Counted from the first letter of the stretch, positions 41,609-53,000 are shown. The stretch is DNA of 64,000 bases from Alphaproteobacteria bacterium (GCA_050175015.1 JBFXJJ010000008.1:1-64000), one strand, 5' to 3'. Numbers and translations are program-made. Notes: generated by a model from the sequence alone, not told the origin.

Positions 41609-41908
41609 TTAAGCAACCTTGTTGTAAGGAACAATCGCTTCAAGTTCGCTTGCTATCTTTCTTTTGGTTTTGATAAGCTCAAAATCTTCTTGAATGCCTA
41701 AAAAATAGCCTTCGGACAAACCAAAATATTTAGTAAGTCTTAAATCGGTATCTGCGGTTATGCCTCTCTTACCATTGATAATATCGCTAATGCGGTTTTG
41801 AGGTATCCCCAGAGCCTTCGCAAGAGAATTTTGAGATAATCTTAAGGGCTCTATAAACTCTTCCTGTAAGACTTCGCCAATGTGGGGTATGTCGATATAT
41901 TTTTCCAT
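41609..41908 (-). CDS. higA: HigA family antitoxin
   Basis: HIGEVLQEEF..LSQ..LA..L..RIS.IING.RGITADT.LRL motif. Confidence 0.92.
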   Translation of the reverse strand: MEKYIDIPHIGEVLQEEFIEPLRLSQNSLAKALGIPQNRISDIINGKRGITADTDLRLTKYFGLSEGYFLGIQEDFELIKTKRKIASELEAIVPYNKVA

Positions 41909-41978
41909 TTTGATAAACCCTTAAAAATAAAACCTTATTAGTTATATATAATACAGATAACATATAAAGTCAAGATTT

Positions 41979-42260
41979 TTAGTGATAATCAACAATTTCA
42001 ACATTATGAGCGTCTTTGTCCTGCCAAACAAAACATATTCGCCATTTGTCGTTTATTCTGATTGAATGTTGCTCTTTTCTATCGCCTTTCAATGCCTCAA
42101 GATTGTTAGATGGAGGGATTTTTAAGTCCTCAATCCTTTTAGCCCTATTTATCATCGCAAGCTTGATTATAGCTCTTCTTTGAATATCAAAAGGAAGCTT
42201 TTTTGAGGTTTCTCCGTGCCAAATCTTGGCTGTTTCTTTGCATTTAAAAGATACTATCAT
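41979..42260 (-). CDS. higB: HigB family toxin
   Basis: PPSNNLEALKGDR..QHSIRINDKWRICF..VDYH motif. Confidence 0.92.
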   Translation of the reverse strand: MIVSFKCKETAKIWHGETSKKLPFDIQRRAIIKLAMINRAKRIEDLKIPPSNNLEALKGDRKEQHSIRINDKWRICFVWQDKDAHNVEIVDYH

Positions 42261-45200
42261 TTTTTAACATTCTCTACGGCAACAATAACTTCGCTTTTGA
42301 CTTGTTTTGCGTTTTGTTCGATTGCATCAAGATAGTTTTCACCTAATTGTCCTTTTATAAACTCAATTTCTTTAATAAAAGCAGTGATTTCTTTTTCGCT
42401 ACTCTGATTGCCTATTTCCTGAGAAGAAAGTCTCCTTAATGAATATTGAGATAAGGTTTTATATTCTCTTAAATCCTTAATCAAAACTCTTATAAATGAT
42501 GACAAACTGCTAAGCCTATCCTCATAAAAACGTATAGATGCATTAAGATTATTTATAGCTTTAGTTTCAAGTGAGTTTTCGTTGCTTTTATGATGAAATT
42601 TAGGCTTCTTTTCTTTGATGTTTTCGTATGTATCCCAAAACATATCAGAATGTTTGATTTTAGGTTCAGTTTGTTTGCATTCAATATTAGGCAACAGGCT
42701 TTCAATATTTATATCAAAAATATCAGGCTTTTTATCTCCTTCAACCTTTGCTAGTTGAACAAAAAACCCTAACGCTTTTTTTCTAACTACAATGACTTGA
42801 TTTTCTTTAAAGTTTTTAGCCGTCTTAACTCTGTTAGGCAGATATTTAATCTTTTTAAAAATTTCAGGGTATTCTATCCTAATATCCTCAATTTTATTTC
42901 TAATTTTGGTGATGATGCTTTCTTCTTCATTATCTTCAGGGTTTGAATTTATGCGTTTAAAAAGCTCTGAAGCAGAAGGAATTTCATCTTGGGTAAAGAC
43001 TTTTGAATCTTCACCAAGCGTATTATGAATAAGAAACATTTTCTGGCTTGCGATTTCTTTACTTTTTATAACATCAGCACCTTTTAGGGTTGGAAAGAAG
43101 TTGCAGATATAAAGCTCATCAAAAACCTTTTTGCCAATACGGTTAATTCTTCCGATCCTTTGAATAACCCTAGTTGGGTTCCAAGGAATATCATAATTTA
43201 TGATTGTTCCTGCTCGATTTAGATTGAAGCCTTCAGAAAGCTTATCGCTGGCAATAAGAATGGAGTAATTATCTTCCTGTTTGCTTTTAGCAATGCTTGC
43301 ATCAAAATTTTTATAAAGTGTTTCAGCCGTTTTTTTGTTTAAATCACCAGTAAAGGAAAAAACTTTGTTAGGAAAAGCATTTTCAATCGTTTCCTTAAGG
43401 TGAGCAACTGTATCTAAATACTCGGTAAAAACAATAAGTTTGCGGTTTTGCTCTTTTTTTATACTTTCTTTTAAAAAATCAATTAGCTTTGCCCTTTTAG
43501 GATCAGAATTTGCTAAATCAAGATTATCTATTTCTTTTTTTATTTTAGCAAACAAGGCTAAATCACTATCTATATCTTTTAAGAATTGATTTTTATTATA
43601 AAAACTATTGATGTCATAAATTCGGTTATTTTTTGGAGCTTTCTTATCGAGCAGTTCTTCAGCAAATTTTTCTAAGTGTTCTTCAATAGTATCTTCATCT
43701 TCAGAGTAAATTTTATTAATCAGCTTTCTATCAAGAATATATTTGCCATTTGAATTTTCGATAAACTCTTTAATTTTGATATGGGCTTTTTCAAAGTTTT
43801 CAATACTTTTTTTGAACGCTCCAAAAGAGCTTTCAAACCGTTTTACAAGGAGTCTTCTCATAAAGTCATATAAGTTTCTTTGTTGTTGATATTCCCTGTT
43901 ATCATCTTGGTTTAAGTCTTCAAGATTAAGTTTTTTCTCATAGTTAAATGGCTGATAAATTGCCCCTTTAAATTCCCCCACTTCTGCAAAATACTCTTTA
44001 ATGACCTTGTCGTAAAATTCTGATTGCTTTTCGTTTAACTCAAAAAGCAATTCTTGAGGGTCTTTAACCTTTGAAAGTTCTTTAACCTCTGTTCGATATT
44101 GATAATCGTTTTTAAGGTCTATTCGGTTTCTTCTAATTAGAATTGGCTCAATAATCTGCCTGATTTCGTTTGATAGTTCGCTTAAGCGGTTTTTAACTTT
44201 TTTAATATCGGCATATTCTTCTTTAAAAAGCTCAAAATATTGCTTTTTAGATTTGGCAAGTTTTTCAATATCGTTAGAGTTATGATACCTAGAAACATAA
44301 GCAAGTTTGTTAAAAAGGTTTTCATAGCTTTTAAATCTAGCTTCAATGTTATCATCAAGTGTTATTAGAGATTTTCCTGGAACGATAAAAAGTTTAAGGA
44401 GAGAGAATATATCCGCAGGGCTGTTATTAAATGGTGTGGCGGTTAGCAAAATCACAATTTTGTTACGACAAATCATGTTTAAATATTCATAATCTTGCGT
44501 ATCTTGATTGCGGAAACGATGAGCTTCATCAATAACCACAACTTCAATATCCTTACCTTGATTATTCATATATTCAGCAATTTCTTCAAGCTTGCCTGTT
44601 GACCTAACCTCCCAGTCAAAGAGTTCAAAATCACTTTTGTATTTTTGCCAGCCAGCGTTAGCATTAGCATCGCCAATTAGTCCAGGAGGGCAGATAATCA
44701 TTCCTCTTTTGCCAATATTCTTGGCAATGGCACTTGCTATAATCGATTTTCCAAGCCCCACCACATCGGCAATAATAACGCCATTATAGTTTTCGATAAT
44801 GGTTAGGGCTTGATTGACGGCATCAAGCTGATAGGAATAAGTCTTATAGCCCTTATCTTCTAAAATTCTGATGACTTGAGGTTTTATTTTTCTTTGTTCT
44901 TGAAGGTCTAAATAGGTTTTTAAGATATAAGCATACGCTTCAAAAGGCGTAACATTTGCAACTTGAGATTTATTGTTTAGAAAATCGATTAAAAATTGCT
45001 TCCTTGCATTATCTTCAGTAATTTTAACAGAGGTTTCCCAAAGCTCATCAAAGTAGCTTTCTGCATCTTCGGTGCCATAATCAGAAATTTCAACATTAAA
45101 CTCGTTTTGTTTTTCAAGTCCTGCTTTGGTTAGATTGCTAGAGCCCGTAATAAACTTAGTATCAGAAATATGCTTTAACTGGTCATTGATTTTGAAAAGA

Positions 45201-45613
45201 TAAAGTTTTGCATGGTTTGGCTCTAGGGTTTTTCTGATATGAAGCTTATCTTCTAAAATAAGTTTTAAGAAAAATTCTGCTTGTTCAAAAAAGTCTCGGT
45301 TGTCAAGGTCTTCATTGTTAAGGGCTTTGTCTAAAGATGCAAAAAAATCATCAGCTTTTTCGGCATTAGAAACATCAGAATTTGAGCCTGCAAACTCGCA
45401 TATCTTGCCAAGAAAACTATCGACTTCAAGTCCAACTAGAATTTTAACTGTAATGTTATCTTGTTCTTTGAGGCTTTCGTATAATTCTTTAAGTCCTGAG
45501 AAATAGAAAAAACCAACTAAAAACTTAAGCTCTTTGCTGGAGGTAACAAGCTGTTTTATTCTTGTTTTAAGATTTTTGGTATTTTTTTGATTGGTGATGA
45601 AGTTATTGGTCAT
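42257..45613 (-). CDS. PLD-nuclease plus SNF2-type helicase (restriction-like subunit)
   Basis: HAKLY..GSSNLT..EFN (PLD); ADVVGLGKS, DEAH, LTATP, SEGFNL and QRIGRINRIG helicase motifs; start placed at MTNNFITNQ. Confidence 0.88.
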   Translation of the reverse strand: MTNNFITNQKNTKNLKTRIKQLVTSSKELKFLVGFFYFSGLKELYESLKEQDNITVKILVGLEVDSFLGKICEFAGSNSDVSNAEKADDFFASLDKALNNEDLDNRDFFEQAEFFLKLILEDKLHIRKTLEPNHAKLYLFKINDQLKHISDTKFITGSSNLTKAGLEKQNEFNVEISDYGTEDAESYFDELWETSVKITEDNARKQFLIDFLNNKSQVANVTPFEAYAYILKTYLDLQEQRKIKPQVIRILEDKGYKTYSYQLDAVNQALTIIENYNGVIIADVVGLGKSIIASAIAKNIGKRGMIICPPGLIGDANANAGWQKYKSDFELFDWEVRSTGKLEEIAEYMNNQGKDIEVVVIDEAHRFRNQDTQDYEYLNMICRNKIVILLTATPFNNSPADIFSLLKLFIVPGKSLITLDDNIEARFKSYENLFNKLAYVSRYHNSNDIEKLAKSKKQYFELFKEEYADIKKVKNRLSELSNEIRQIIEPILIRRNRIDLKNDYQYRTEVKELSKVKDPQELLFELNEKQSEFYDKVIKEYFAEVGEFKGAIYQPFNYEKKLNLEDLNQDDNREYQQQRNLYDFMRRLLVKRFESSFGAFKKSIENFEKAHIKIKEFIENSNGKYILDRKLINKIYSEDEDTIEEHLEKFAEELLDKKAPKNNRIYDINSFYNKNQFLKDIDSDLALFAKIKKEIDNLDLANSDPKRAKLIDFLKESIKKEQNRKLIVFTEYLDTVAHLKETIENAFPNKVFSFTGDLNKKTAETLYKNFDASIAKSKQEDNYSILIASDKLSEGFNLNRAGTIINYDIPWNPTRVIQRIGRINRIGKKVFDELYICNFFPTLKGADVIKSKEIASQKMFLIHNTLGEDSKVFTQDEIPSASELFKRINSNPEDNEEESIITKIRNKIEDIRIEYPEIFKKIKYLPNRVKTAKNFKENQVIVVRKKALGFFVQLAKVEGDKKPDIFDINIESLLPNIECKQTEPKIKHSDMFWDTYENIKEKKPKFHHKSNENSLETKAINNLNASIRFYEDRLSSLSSFIRVLIKDLREYKTLSQYSLRRLSSQEIGNQSSEKEITAFIKEIEFIKGQLGENYLDAIEQNAKQVKSEVIVAVENVKK
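45574..45605. repeat. Direct repeat copy at the helicase 5' end (partner at 47071-47102)
   Basis: 31/32 identity to 47071-47102. Confidence 0.9.
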
Positions 45614-47060
45614 TGTCTTTTGCTCGTTGAATTTTGGGGAAGTGTTTATCAATTCCTAATGTCTGATATATGATTGTTTTTAAAACCAAATCTAATCTGT
45701 TTGATAGCATACTTAAAGCTTCCCAGTTTAATGTTTCATTTTTAAAATAAAAAGTGGTGGATATTTCAGAAGAAGATAACTTTCTAGGTCTACCGTTTTT
45801 ATATGGGTGCGTGATAAGGTTTCTAATAAGAGAAACTTGTTTTTTAATATATTCTTTATAACCATATTCAGGAAATTCTTCAGGATAAAGAGTACGTTTT
45901 ATCATGCTTTTATGCCAGTCTCCACATAATCCCCCATAAATAAAAATGGTTTCAAAATTATCATTATTTATAAGCTCTAGCCCATTTTTAACATCAACGC
46001 CTGATTTGTTTTTTTTATGTTCAATGTTGCCGATAACTTCTAAAGCTTGAATTTGTGAAATAAGGTAAGTATCTAAAAAATTGTTTTCTTTGCTTAAAAT
46101 TGTAACGATTAAAAATCTTAACTTATTAAAATTATCAAACCATTTTTGCATAACAGCTTTTAAAGCATTTTTTATATCATCATAAGGAATATCTAAATCT
46201 AAATAAACGTAATCTTTTTCGTTTTTAATATTTGGGTTTATAAAATAATAATCATAGCCATTACAATATTTTTTAATCTCTAAATTTTGATTGCATAACA
46301 AGGAGAAAAAAGCATTTATCTTAAAAATAGTTTGCTTATAAAAATCTAAAGATTGCTCTTCTTCTGTTTCAACACGAATGTAGGTGTCGTTATAAAAACG
46401 GCTTTCAAGAATATTTTCATAAGAAATACCACTCTTTGAGAATATTGTTATAAAGCATTTAGCATTATCTATGATAATATCAAATTTATTAACTTCCCTT
46501 GGAATATTGATTTTTAAAAATTCTGCATTATCACTGCTTGTTTTGTTTGATTCAGAATTTAAATATTCTAGTCTAAAATATTTACCAAGCCATAAAAATT
46601 TATCAAGATTATCTATATAAACATCTAAACTTTTAATTTTATCATCTTTTTTTAAAAACTTATCTTTTTTAGGTTTTTTGTATATTTTTGCTAGTATTTT
46701 TTTTTCAGAATCATCTTCTATATTTGCTAAAACGCTATCTATTTTAGGGTGATGATATACTTCTTTTAAATAAAATTTTTCAAAATTTATATCTGTTTTT
46801 TCCCCACCTGTTGTTGAGGAATTGATAAAGGTAAAATAAAAAAGCTGGTTTGAATAAGATGCCGAATTATTTCTAAAAACACCAAATAATTCAGCCCCGC
46901 CAAAACCATAGCGGCATAATTTTTTAACATCTGTTTCGTTTAAGGTTAGTCTTGGCTCGCCGTCCTTAAATATCAAGATTGCAGATATTTTCTTTTTTGT
47001 TATTTTTTTTGGGAATGGTTCATAAACAAAACCTTCGTAAATTCCATTTAAATCAACCAT
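45603..47060 (-). CDS. ApeA-like HEPN domain protein
   Basis: C-terminal RNLITH (RxxxxH) preceded by QALEV; beta-rich N-terminal region; size fits ApeA-like proteins. Confidence 0.65.
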   Translation of the reverse strand: MVDLNGIYEGFVYEPFPKKITKKKISAILIFKDGEPRLTLNETDVKKLCRYGFGGAELFGVFRNNSASYSNQLFYFTFINSSTTGGEKTDINFEKFYLKEVYHHPKIDSVLANIEDDSEKKILAKIYKKPKKDKFLKKDDKIKSLDVYIDNLDKFLWLGKYFRLEYLNSESNKTSSDNAEFLKINIPREVNKFDIIIDNAKCFITIFSKSGISYENILESRFYNDTYIRVETEEEQSLDFYKQTIFKINAFFSLLCNQNLEIKKYCNGYDYYFINPNIKNEKDYVYLDLDIPYDDIKNALKAVMQKWFDNFNKLRFLIVTILSKENNFLDTYLISQIQALEVIGNIEHKKNKSGVDVKNGLELINNDNFETIFIYGGLCGDWHKSMIKRTLYPEEFPEYGYKEYIKKQVSLIRNLITHPYKNGRPRKLSSSEISTTFYFKNETLNWEALSMLSNRLDLVLKTIIYQTLGIDKHFPKIQRAKDNDQ

Positions 47061-47070
47061 TTTTACACAC

Positions 47071-47102
47071 TTTTGGCATTTTTTTGATTGGTGATGAAGT
47101 TA
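47071..47102. repeat. Direct repeat copy within the chimeric junction mini-ORF (MTNFITNQKNAKSV*, 47107-47063)
   Basis: 31/32 identity to 45574-45605; continues into a synonymous variant of the MTase 3' end. Confidence 0.9.
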
Positions 47103-48836
47103 GTCATATTTTAAATCTATTTTAATTCCTAATAATTTTTCTGTATCGCTATTATCGGTCAGTTTAAGAATTATGTTATCATTAATTAGTTTTTGTTTTT
47201 CTCCGTCACTTATTTCAGTAATGTCATCAATCTGATTTTGGTTAAGAGTAAGTATGTATTGTTTGTTATGAGTATTAAAAAGATTGTTAGCTTCAGATAA
47301 CATAGAAATTTTTTGTCTTGGGTCAATATCACTAAAAAGACGATTGTCATGAAATAAAAAATCTATTTTATGCCTGCTTCCCATAAACAATAAGGTTAAA
47401 TCATAACAAAATATTTTAGCACTTCCTATTCCGTCAGAGGAATCACTTTCAATTTTTGCGTCAAAATCATATCTTAATTGATTAGTTCCGCTATTGTTTT
47501 TAACAGTAATTCCTGATGTTGCATCAGGGTATATTTTTTTAGCCAGCCTTCTAAAAAAGCCGTCCATATTTTTATCAGAGTTTTCCTCTGTTGAGTTAAG
47601 ATAATCAACTGTTTTCTGTTCTTCTTCAACAAACTGTTTCTTTATATTAAGCTCTTTATTTTCATACTCTTTTAATAAGCTTTCATATTTTAAATAATCA
47701 TTTTTTTGATTCTTTTTATCGCTAAGTTTGTTGTTCAGTTTTAAAACCACATCAACCGCATTATGAGCATTAAGATATTGCAATTTCTGGTCTAATTTTT
47801 TCTCCCAATCTTTTTTGTCATTATTAAAAGCTGTCAGATTGTTTTGAATAGCCAGTTTTTGTTCGGCAAGCCTTTTGGCTCTGTTTGATAACAATTGCTT
47901 ATTAAAAACTTCTAACTCATCTAAGGTTTTAGATAAATTGTTACTAAAAATTATCCGAGCTTCTTCATATATTGACGTTATTTTTTCTTTGCTTAAGTCT
48001 GGAGTGTTTTTTAGGCTTTGCTCAATGTTTTTTATTTGATATGAGCTTGTAGCAATTTGATTGTTGATATTATCTAATTGTTGCTTTATTTGATTCGCTT
48101 CCTGCTCTGTTTGGTAATAATCTTCAGCAACTTTTGTTTCATTAAGTTTATGCTCTAACTCTTTTATTTCTTCTTCCAAATTTTTCTTTGCAAGCCCAAG
48201 GTCTTTAGAGCCAATAAAAAATTCTTTTAATACAGGGTCTTTTTTTATCTGCTTGGTTAAATTGTTTATATTATCTAAATCTTTCTTTAGCATCTTTTTT
48301 GTTTGAATAAGTCCAACATCTAATCCCAACAGAAAAGCATTGTTTAGCAATTTTTGATATTCTGTTCCTTTCTTTCTACCGTCAGGATCAGCAAAATTAG
48401 AATACGCACCCTTAGTTCTTCTTATAAAAAAGGGGATTAAAGTTCTAAAAGTTAGATATTGAATTCCAGATGGAATTTCAAAACAAAGCTTTTGCATTTT
48501 TTTATTAAAATTATCAACCGACAACTCTTCTTTATTCATAAAAATTTTATTATAGTTATCTATAGCACGTTCAACTTTATAATTTTCTCCAGCTATTTCA
48601 AATTCAAGATAAAAAATCCAATTAACGAGTTTTTCTAGAAAATTACCTTGAGGCGTTGCACCTAAGCAAAAATGAATTATCTCTATCATCAAAGATTTAC
48701 CAACACCATTATAGGTTTTATCTTTTGATTCGTTGGAGGTATCTTTTTTGCAGGCAACAATAATATTTAAACCCGTTTTTTTAAACTCAACAGTTTTAAA
48801 GGTATCTTTGTTTGCTGATAACGAAATTAAACGCAT
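47100..48836 (-). CDS. lmuB: Lamassu/ABC-3C SMC-like ATPase (LmuB, DUF2326)
   Basis: Walker A NGVGKS, long coiled coil, SSDG signature, FLFHD Walker B, DPRQ. Confidence 0.85.
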   Translation of the reverse strand: MRLISLSANKDTFKTVEFKKTGLNIIVACKKDTSNESKDKTYNGVGKSLMIEIIHFCLGATPQGNFLEKLVNWIFYLEFEIAGENYKVERAIDNYNKIFMNKEELSVDNFNKKMQKLCFEIPSGIQYLTFRTLIPFFIRRTKGAYSNFADPDGRKKGTEYQKLLNNAFLLGLDVGLIQTKKMLKKDLDNINNLTKQIKKDPVLKEFFIGSKDLGLAKKNLEEEIKELEHKLNETKVAEDYYQTEQEANQIKQQLDNINNQIATSSYQIKNIEQSLKNTPDLSKEKITSIYEEARIIFSNNLSKTLDELEVFNKQLLSNRAKRLAEQKLAIQNNLTAFNNDKKDWEKKLDQKLQYLNAHNAVDVVLKLNNKLSDKKNQKNDYLKYESLLKEYENKELNIKKQFVEEEQKTVDYLNSTEENSDKNMDGFFRRLAKKIYPDATSGITVKNNSGTNQLRYDFDAKIESDSSDGIGSAKIFCYDLTLLFMGSRHKIDFLFHDNRLFSDIDPRQKISMLSEANNLFNTHNKQYILTLNQNQIDDITEISDGEKQKLINDNIILKLTDNSDTEKLLGIKIDLKYD

Positions 48837-49069
48837 TTGCTTATTATTCCTTGTTTTTCTTCAATAACGCCAATCGAAAAAAGAAAAACTATAGTTAAAA
48901 TCAAATTGTCGAAACTATGCTTGGCGAAGTAGTTTCCGCTTTTAAAATCAAATTGATATTTTTTCCATAAATCGTCAATGGTTTTAGGTGTTTTGAGCTC
49001 TTCAATGAGATAACTACCTAAACCGAGTAGGGACTGTGAAAAATTCAAATGTTTTTTTGGTATAAGCAT
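48827..49069 (-). CDS. lmuC: Lamassu/ABC-3C middle component (LmuC)
   Basis: MLIPKKH...SLLGLG...SFDNLIL..LFSIG; 80 aa, between effector and ATPase. Confidence 0.8.
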   Translation of the reverse strand: MLIPKKHLNFSQSLLGLGSYLIEELKTPKTIDDLWKKYQFDFKSGNYFAKHSFDNLILTIVFLFSIGVIEEKQGIISKCV

Positions 49070-49071
49070 AA

Positions 49072-50007
49072 TTACTCTTCTGGTTCTTCAAAAATATCGC
49101 AGCTTTCAAAATATTTTGCCATAATTTGAATAGCCGCTGGTTGATATACATTGTTACTTTTAGGACATATATTTTCTAAAATCCCAAAAAATATATTATC
49201 ACCTATGTTGTTTTTATCAATCATTTCATTTTCGAATTTAAGTTTGTTTTGTTGATAAATATCGCTTAAGGTTTTTTTTGTTTCTTCCGCTAATATGCTT
49301 TCTCTTTCCTCAAAAAACTTGTCTATTTGACCTATTGCAGAATAGGCGTTATCTAGCAAATTTTTTACGTCTAGGCTGATATTATTAATTTTGATTTTTT
49401 TATTCCAATCAGGGGCGATTAATTTGTCATCTAAAATCGTTTTAACGGGGATTTGTGCGATATGGTTTATTACTTCATCAAGAATAGAGTTATTAAGAAT
49501 GTGCATTTTTGAAGGGTCTGGCAAATACCCTACAACATCTAACATTTGTTCTTCTGTTAAATCATTAAAAACCATATTTCCTAAATCTTTTGCTGTTAAA
49601 AAGCTACATTCTTTTAGGTTGTTAGTTGTTTTAATGATTCCAATTTTTATCAAACCGTCAGCATTAACACCCTTATATTTATCATTAACAACAAAAAAGA
49701 AATTCTCTATCGGCGACCAATATTTTTTCAATCCGTCAAAATCTGTTTCTAGTTTATTTATCGCTTCAGGATATGATTTGGTTATGTCTTCAGGAGCATA
49801 AACTTGATAATAGGTTGCTGTTTTTGTGTTGCAACCATCATTCTTTCGGTCTCCAATATTGCCCCAAGGTTTAAGTTGTTGGAAATCAGAATCTCTATAA
49901 TTCATAATTTTGGTAAATATTTTTTCAAACTCACTGCCATCAGATTCATAAATTTTGTTTTGAAAAATTTTAATAGCATAAGCTTTTTCTTGAGGAGTCA
50001 TATTCAT
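49072..50007 (-). CDS. lmuA: Lamassu/ABC-3C effector (LmuA) with nuclease-like N-terminus
   Basis: FEKIF...GDRKNDG...YQVYAP PD-(D/E)XK-like motif; C-terminal YFESCDIFE. Confidence 0.8.
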   Translation of the reverse strand: MNMTPQEKAYAIKIFQNKIYESDGSEFEKIFTKIMNYRDSDFQQLKPWGNIGDRKNDGCNTKTATYYQVYAPEDITKSYPEAINKLETDFDGLKKYWSPIENFFFVVNDKYKGVNADGLIKIGIIKTTNNLKECSFLTAKDLGNMVFNDLTEEQMLDVVGYLPDPSKMHILNNSILDEVINHIAQIPVKTILDDKLIAPDWNKKIKINNISLDVKNLLDNAYSAIGQIDKFFEERESILAEETKKTLSDIYQQNKLKFENEMIDKNNIGDNIFFGILENICPKSNNVYQPAAIQIMAKYFESCDIFEEPEE

Positions 50008-50016
50008 TATTCCTTA

Positions 50017-53000
50017 CTAAACACTCTTGGCTTTGGAGATGCGGTTATAGACAAGCTGGCAGACGGAGCGGTAAACTTCTTTTCGTTCATCTATAGTTAG
50101 CCCTATAGCATCAAAAACAATGTCATCAAGTTCTTTTCTATCGGCAAGAGGTTTTGGCTCTTGCTCTTCAATTGGAATATCGCTTTTAGGGTCAATCCCA
50201 CATTCTTCGAAAATGTTTTTGATTTCTCGGTTGAATAAATTGTTTGTATTTAATTTAGAAAAATTAACACAATCATCTTTTAGTAAGATAAAATTATTTA
50301 AATCGGGCTTTTGAGTTTTGAGAACTCCTCCACCAAAATTTGACCTTCCATATAGTTCTCTAAATAAGTTGGTTGTTGTGGAATTTAAAAATAAAAGGGT
50401 GTTTATTTTGTTAGTTTTACAAACTGTAATTTCGAAGAAATTATCACCAACCAATCTATCGCTATTTAAAAAAGCAATATTTCTATCATTATGGGCTATA
50501 ATCCAAAGAATTTCTGCTTCTTTTCTATCGCCTAAAAAATACCATAACTTACGATTTTTTACGGTTTCAATGTTATGAAATCCTGTTAGCTTTTTCCCTT
50601 TATCTTTACCTTGTTTGATTTCTATTTCTGCGATTTCTCCCCATTTGATATATTTTAAGGCGTTCGTTCCTTGTAGTTCAGTTTTAGATTTATCACATAA
50701 AAAAAGAAAACCTTTTGGTTTGATTTTTGAAACATCAATTTTTTTAAGCTCATTGGTTTTCATTGTTGCGGGTTTTAAAAACTCTTCTTCAATGCCCCAT
50801 TCTTTGGCTTGGGTATCCGTTAAATAGAAAAATTCATTACAGCCTGTTGTTATGCCTCTTCTTACTTCGGCAACATCTTTTAATTTGACTAGCTTATCTT
50901 TGCCTTTTTCTAAAATGGTAAAGAAAATATCGGGGGCTCTTAAATATTTTCCACCCCATTTATCGCCGATATATTTGTTTTCATCAACGCCTGCTTCATA
51001 TAATTCATCATAGTTTATGCTATAAACCCTAAAGGAACCAGTTTTTAAAATGCCGTTAGTGTTTTCAATTTCAAGCAGGTTTTCAGTTACAACCACTTCT
51101 TCAAAAGGTTTTTTAAAGGCAACAAATTTAACTTTTTTATCTTTCTTTTGAAACTTATCTTCTGGGGCAGAAAAAATAGAAATTATGGTATTAACATCAG
51201 CGTTGGCAAAGCTTCGTTTAACCTGATTATCAATAATATAGTGCATCTCTACATTGTTTAGCAAAAACTCCTGAAGCCAAGCACCATAACCGACATCAAG
51301 CCAAGAGTTAGAGCAAACAAAACAATGTATGCCTTTGGGGTTTAAAATTCTTAAAGTATGTAAGTAAAAATAAACATATAAATCAGACTTTTTATCGGTT
51401 TTGGTTTTGGCTTTAAAATAACTTGGGTAATCAACCTTAACCGTTTGTTCCAACAAGTCCTTGTAATCTTTGTTGTCTTTTACCAAGCCATTAGGGTCGC
51501 TTATTTCCTCTTGCCTGACATAAGGCGGGTTGCCGATGATTATATCAAATCCGCCTTTTTCACCAAAAATCTCTGCAAACTCAATGTTCCAGACCAGCGG
51601 GTGATTGTCGGTTAGATTTTTAGCTTCTTCTTGTAATAAGGCTATTTCCTCTCTTAATTGCTCTTTTTCTTTTTCTAGTGAGGCAGAATTTTCTTTTTTT
51701 GTTTTTTCCCCAAATTCAATTAAACTTCCCTGTTTGGAGTAAGTTTTCATATACTCATTTAGCTTTTCTTTTTTGTTTGTTATTTCATCATGGAGCAAAT
51801 CTAAAAAAAGGTTTTTTTCCATATTTCTTATAGAGTGAATATCTACGCCGTTTTTGTTATTAAAAAAATCGATTTTAGCATTTTTCAGCTTGGTAACTTT
51901 GGCTTTTATGCTTTGAGAAATGCTCGCGTGTCCTTGTATTGGAAAAAGCTTGCCTCCAATTCTCTGCACCAATGAATCCCCACATCTAACCTTAAAGTTA
52001 AGGCTTGGAAGGAGCGGTTCAAAAGAAGTGTTTTTATCCTCTGGCATATCAATAAATAATGACAGCCAAAGCCTTAATTGGTTTATCCAAACTGCCCAGC
52101 GTTTAACCTCAACGCCGTATAAGGATTTTGCAATGATTTCCTTTTTGCGGTCAAAGGCGGAATAGTTTTTATATTCATCAGGGCAGTTGTTTCTGGTTTG
52201 CAGGCTTCCTAAAAGCTCATCTAAAACCTGCATCATGCCAACTTCAAAAGCACCCGAGCCTGCGGCTGGGTCGCATATTGTTATATTTTGCAAAAGCTCA
52301 ATTAGTCCTTTGATTTCTTTGGCGGTAAAATCGCCTTGCTTTTGGCATTCGTCAAACTCTTTATCAACACCCATTTCTCTAAAAATAAAATGATATAGGT
52401 CTTGTTTCGTGCAATTAGAGTTTTTCTCAAGCCATTTAACCAGCGATAACCTGCACATTAAATCAACTTCAGTTCTTGGGGTATAAACCGCACCATCTTT
52501 TTTATTAACTAATCTTTCAAAGATAATTCCTAAAAATTCAGGGTTTAGTTCAAGCTCTTCATCATAATTAGTGTTTTCTTCAATCGTAAAATTATATTGA
52601 AACAAAAACTCAAAAAAGGCTTCAATCTCTTTGTCAGGGATATAAGCCGAAGCTAAATCGACCCCTGTTTTTTGCTTAAATAATTCACCATTTAAAAAAG
52701 GTGCCATTTGCAAGGTTTTCTGCGTTTTTTCAGAAAAATCATTGTTGCGGTATTTAACTTGCGTTCCTGGAGTGCTGTTCAAAGCTTCAAAAAACAATGG
52801 TTCTAACCAGTTTTTATAAAACTTATTATCACCATTAAACTTTGCTTTATATTCTAACCAGAAATTTTGCAAAAATTCTTGGTCTCCGCCAAGCCAGCCT
52901 CTTTTCTGCACAAAGCCGATAAATATGGTTCTAATCACAAAGAGCAGGGCAAAATCTTCTTTAGTTGAGGTATCTTCAATTTCTTTAACGCTTTTGGCAA

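Noticed and set aside
45591-50047. Classical integron attC sites at the cassette junctions
   Set aside because: The junctions contain TAAC/GTTA, but I see no paired R''/R' boxes or attC hairpin, and the integrase shows no evident IntI-specific insertion.
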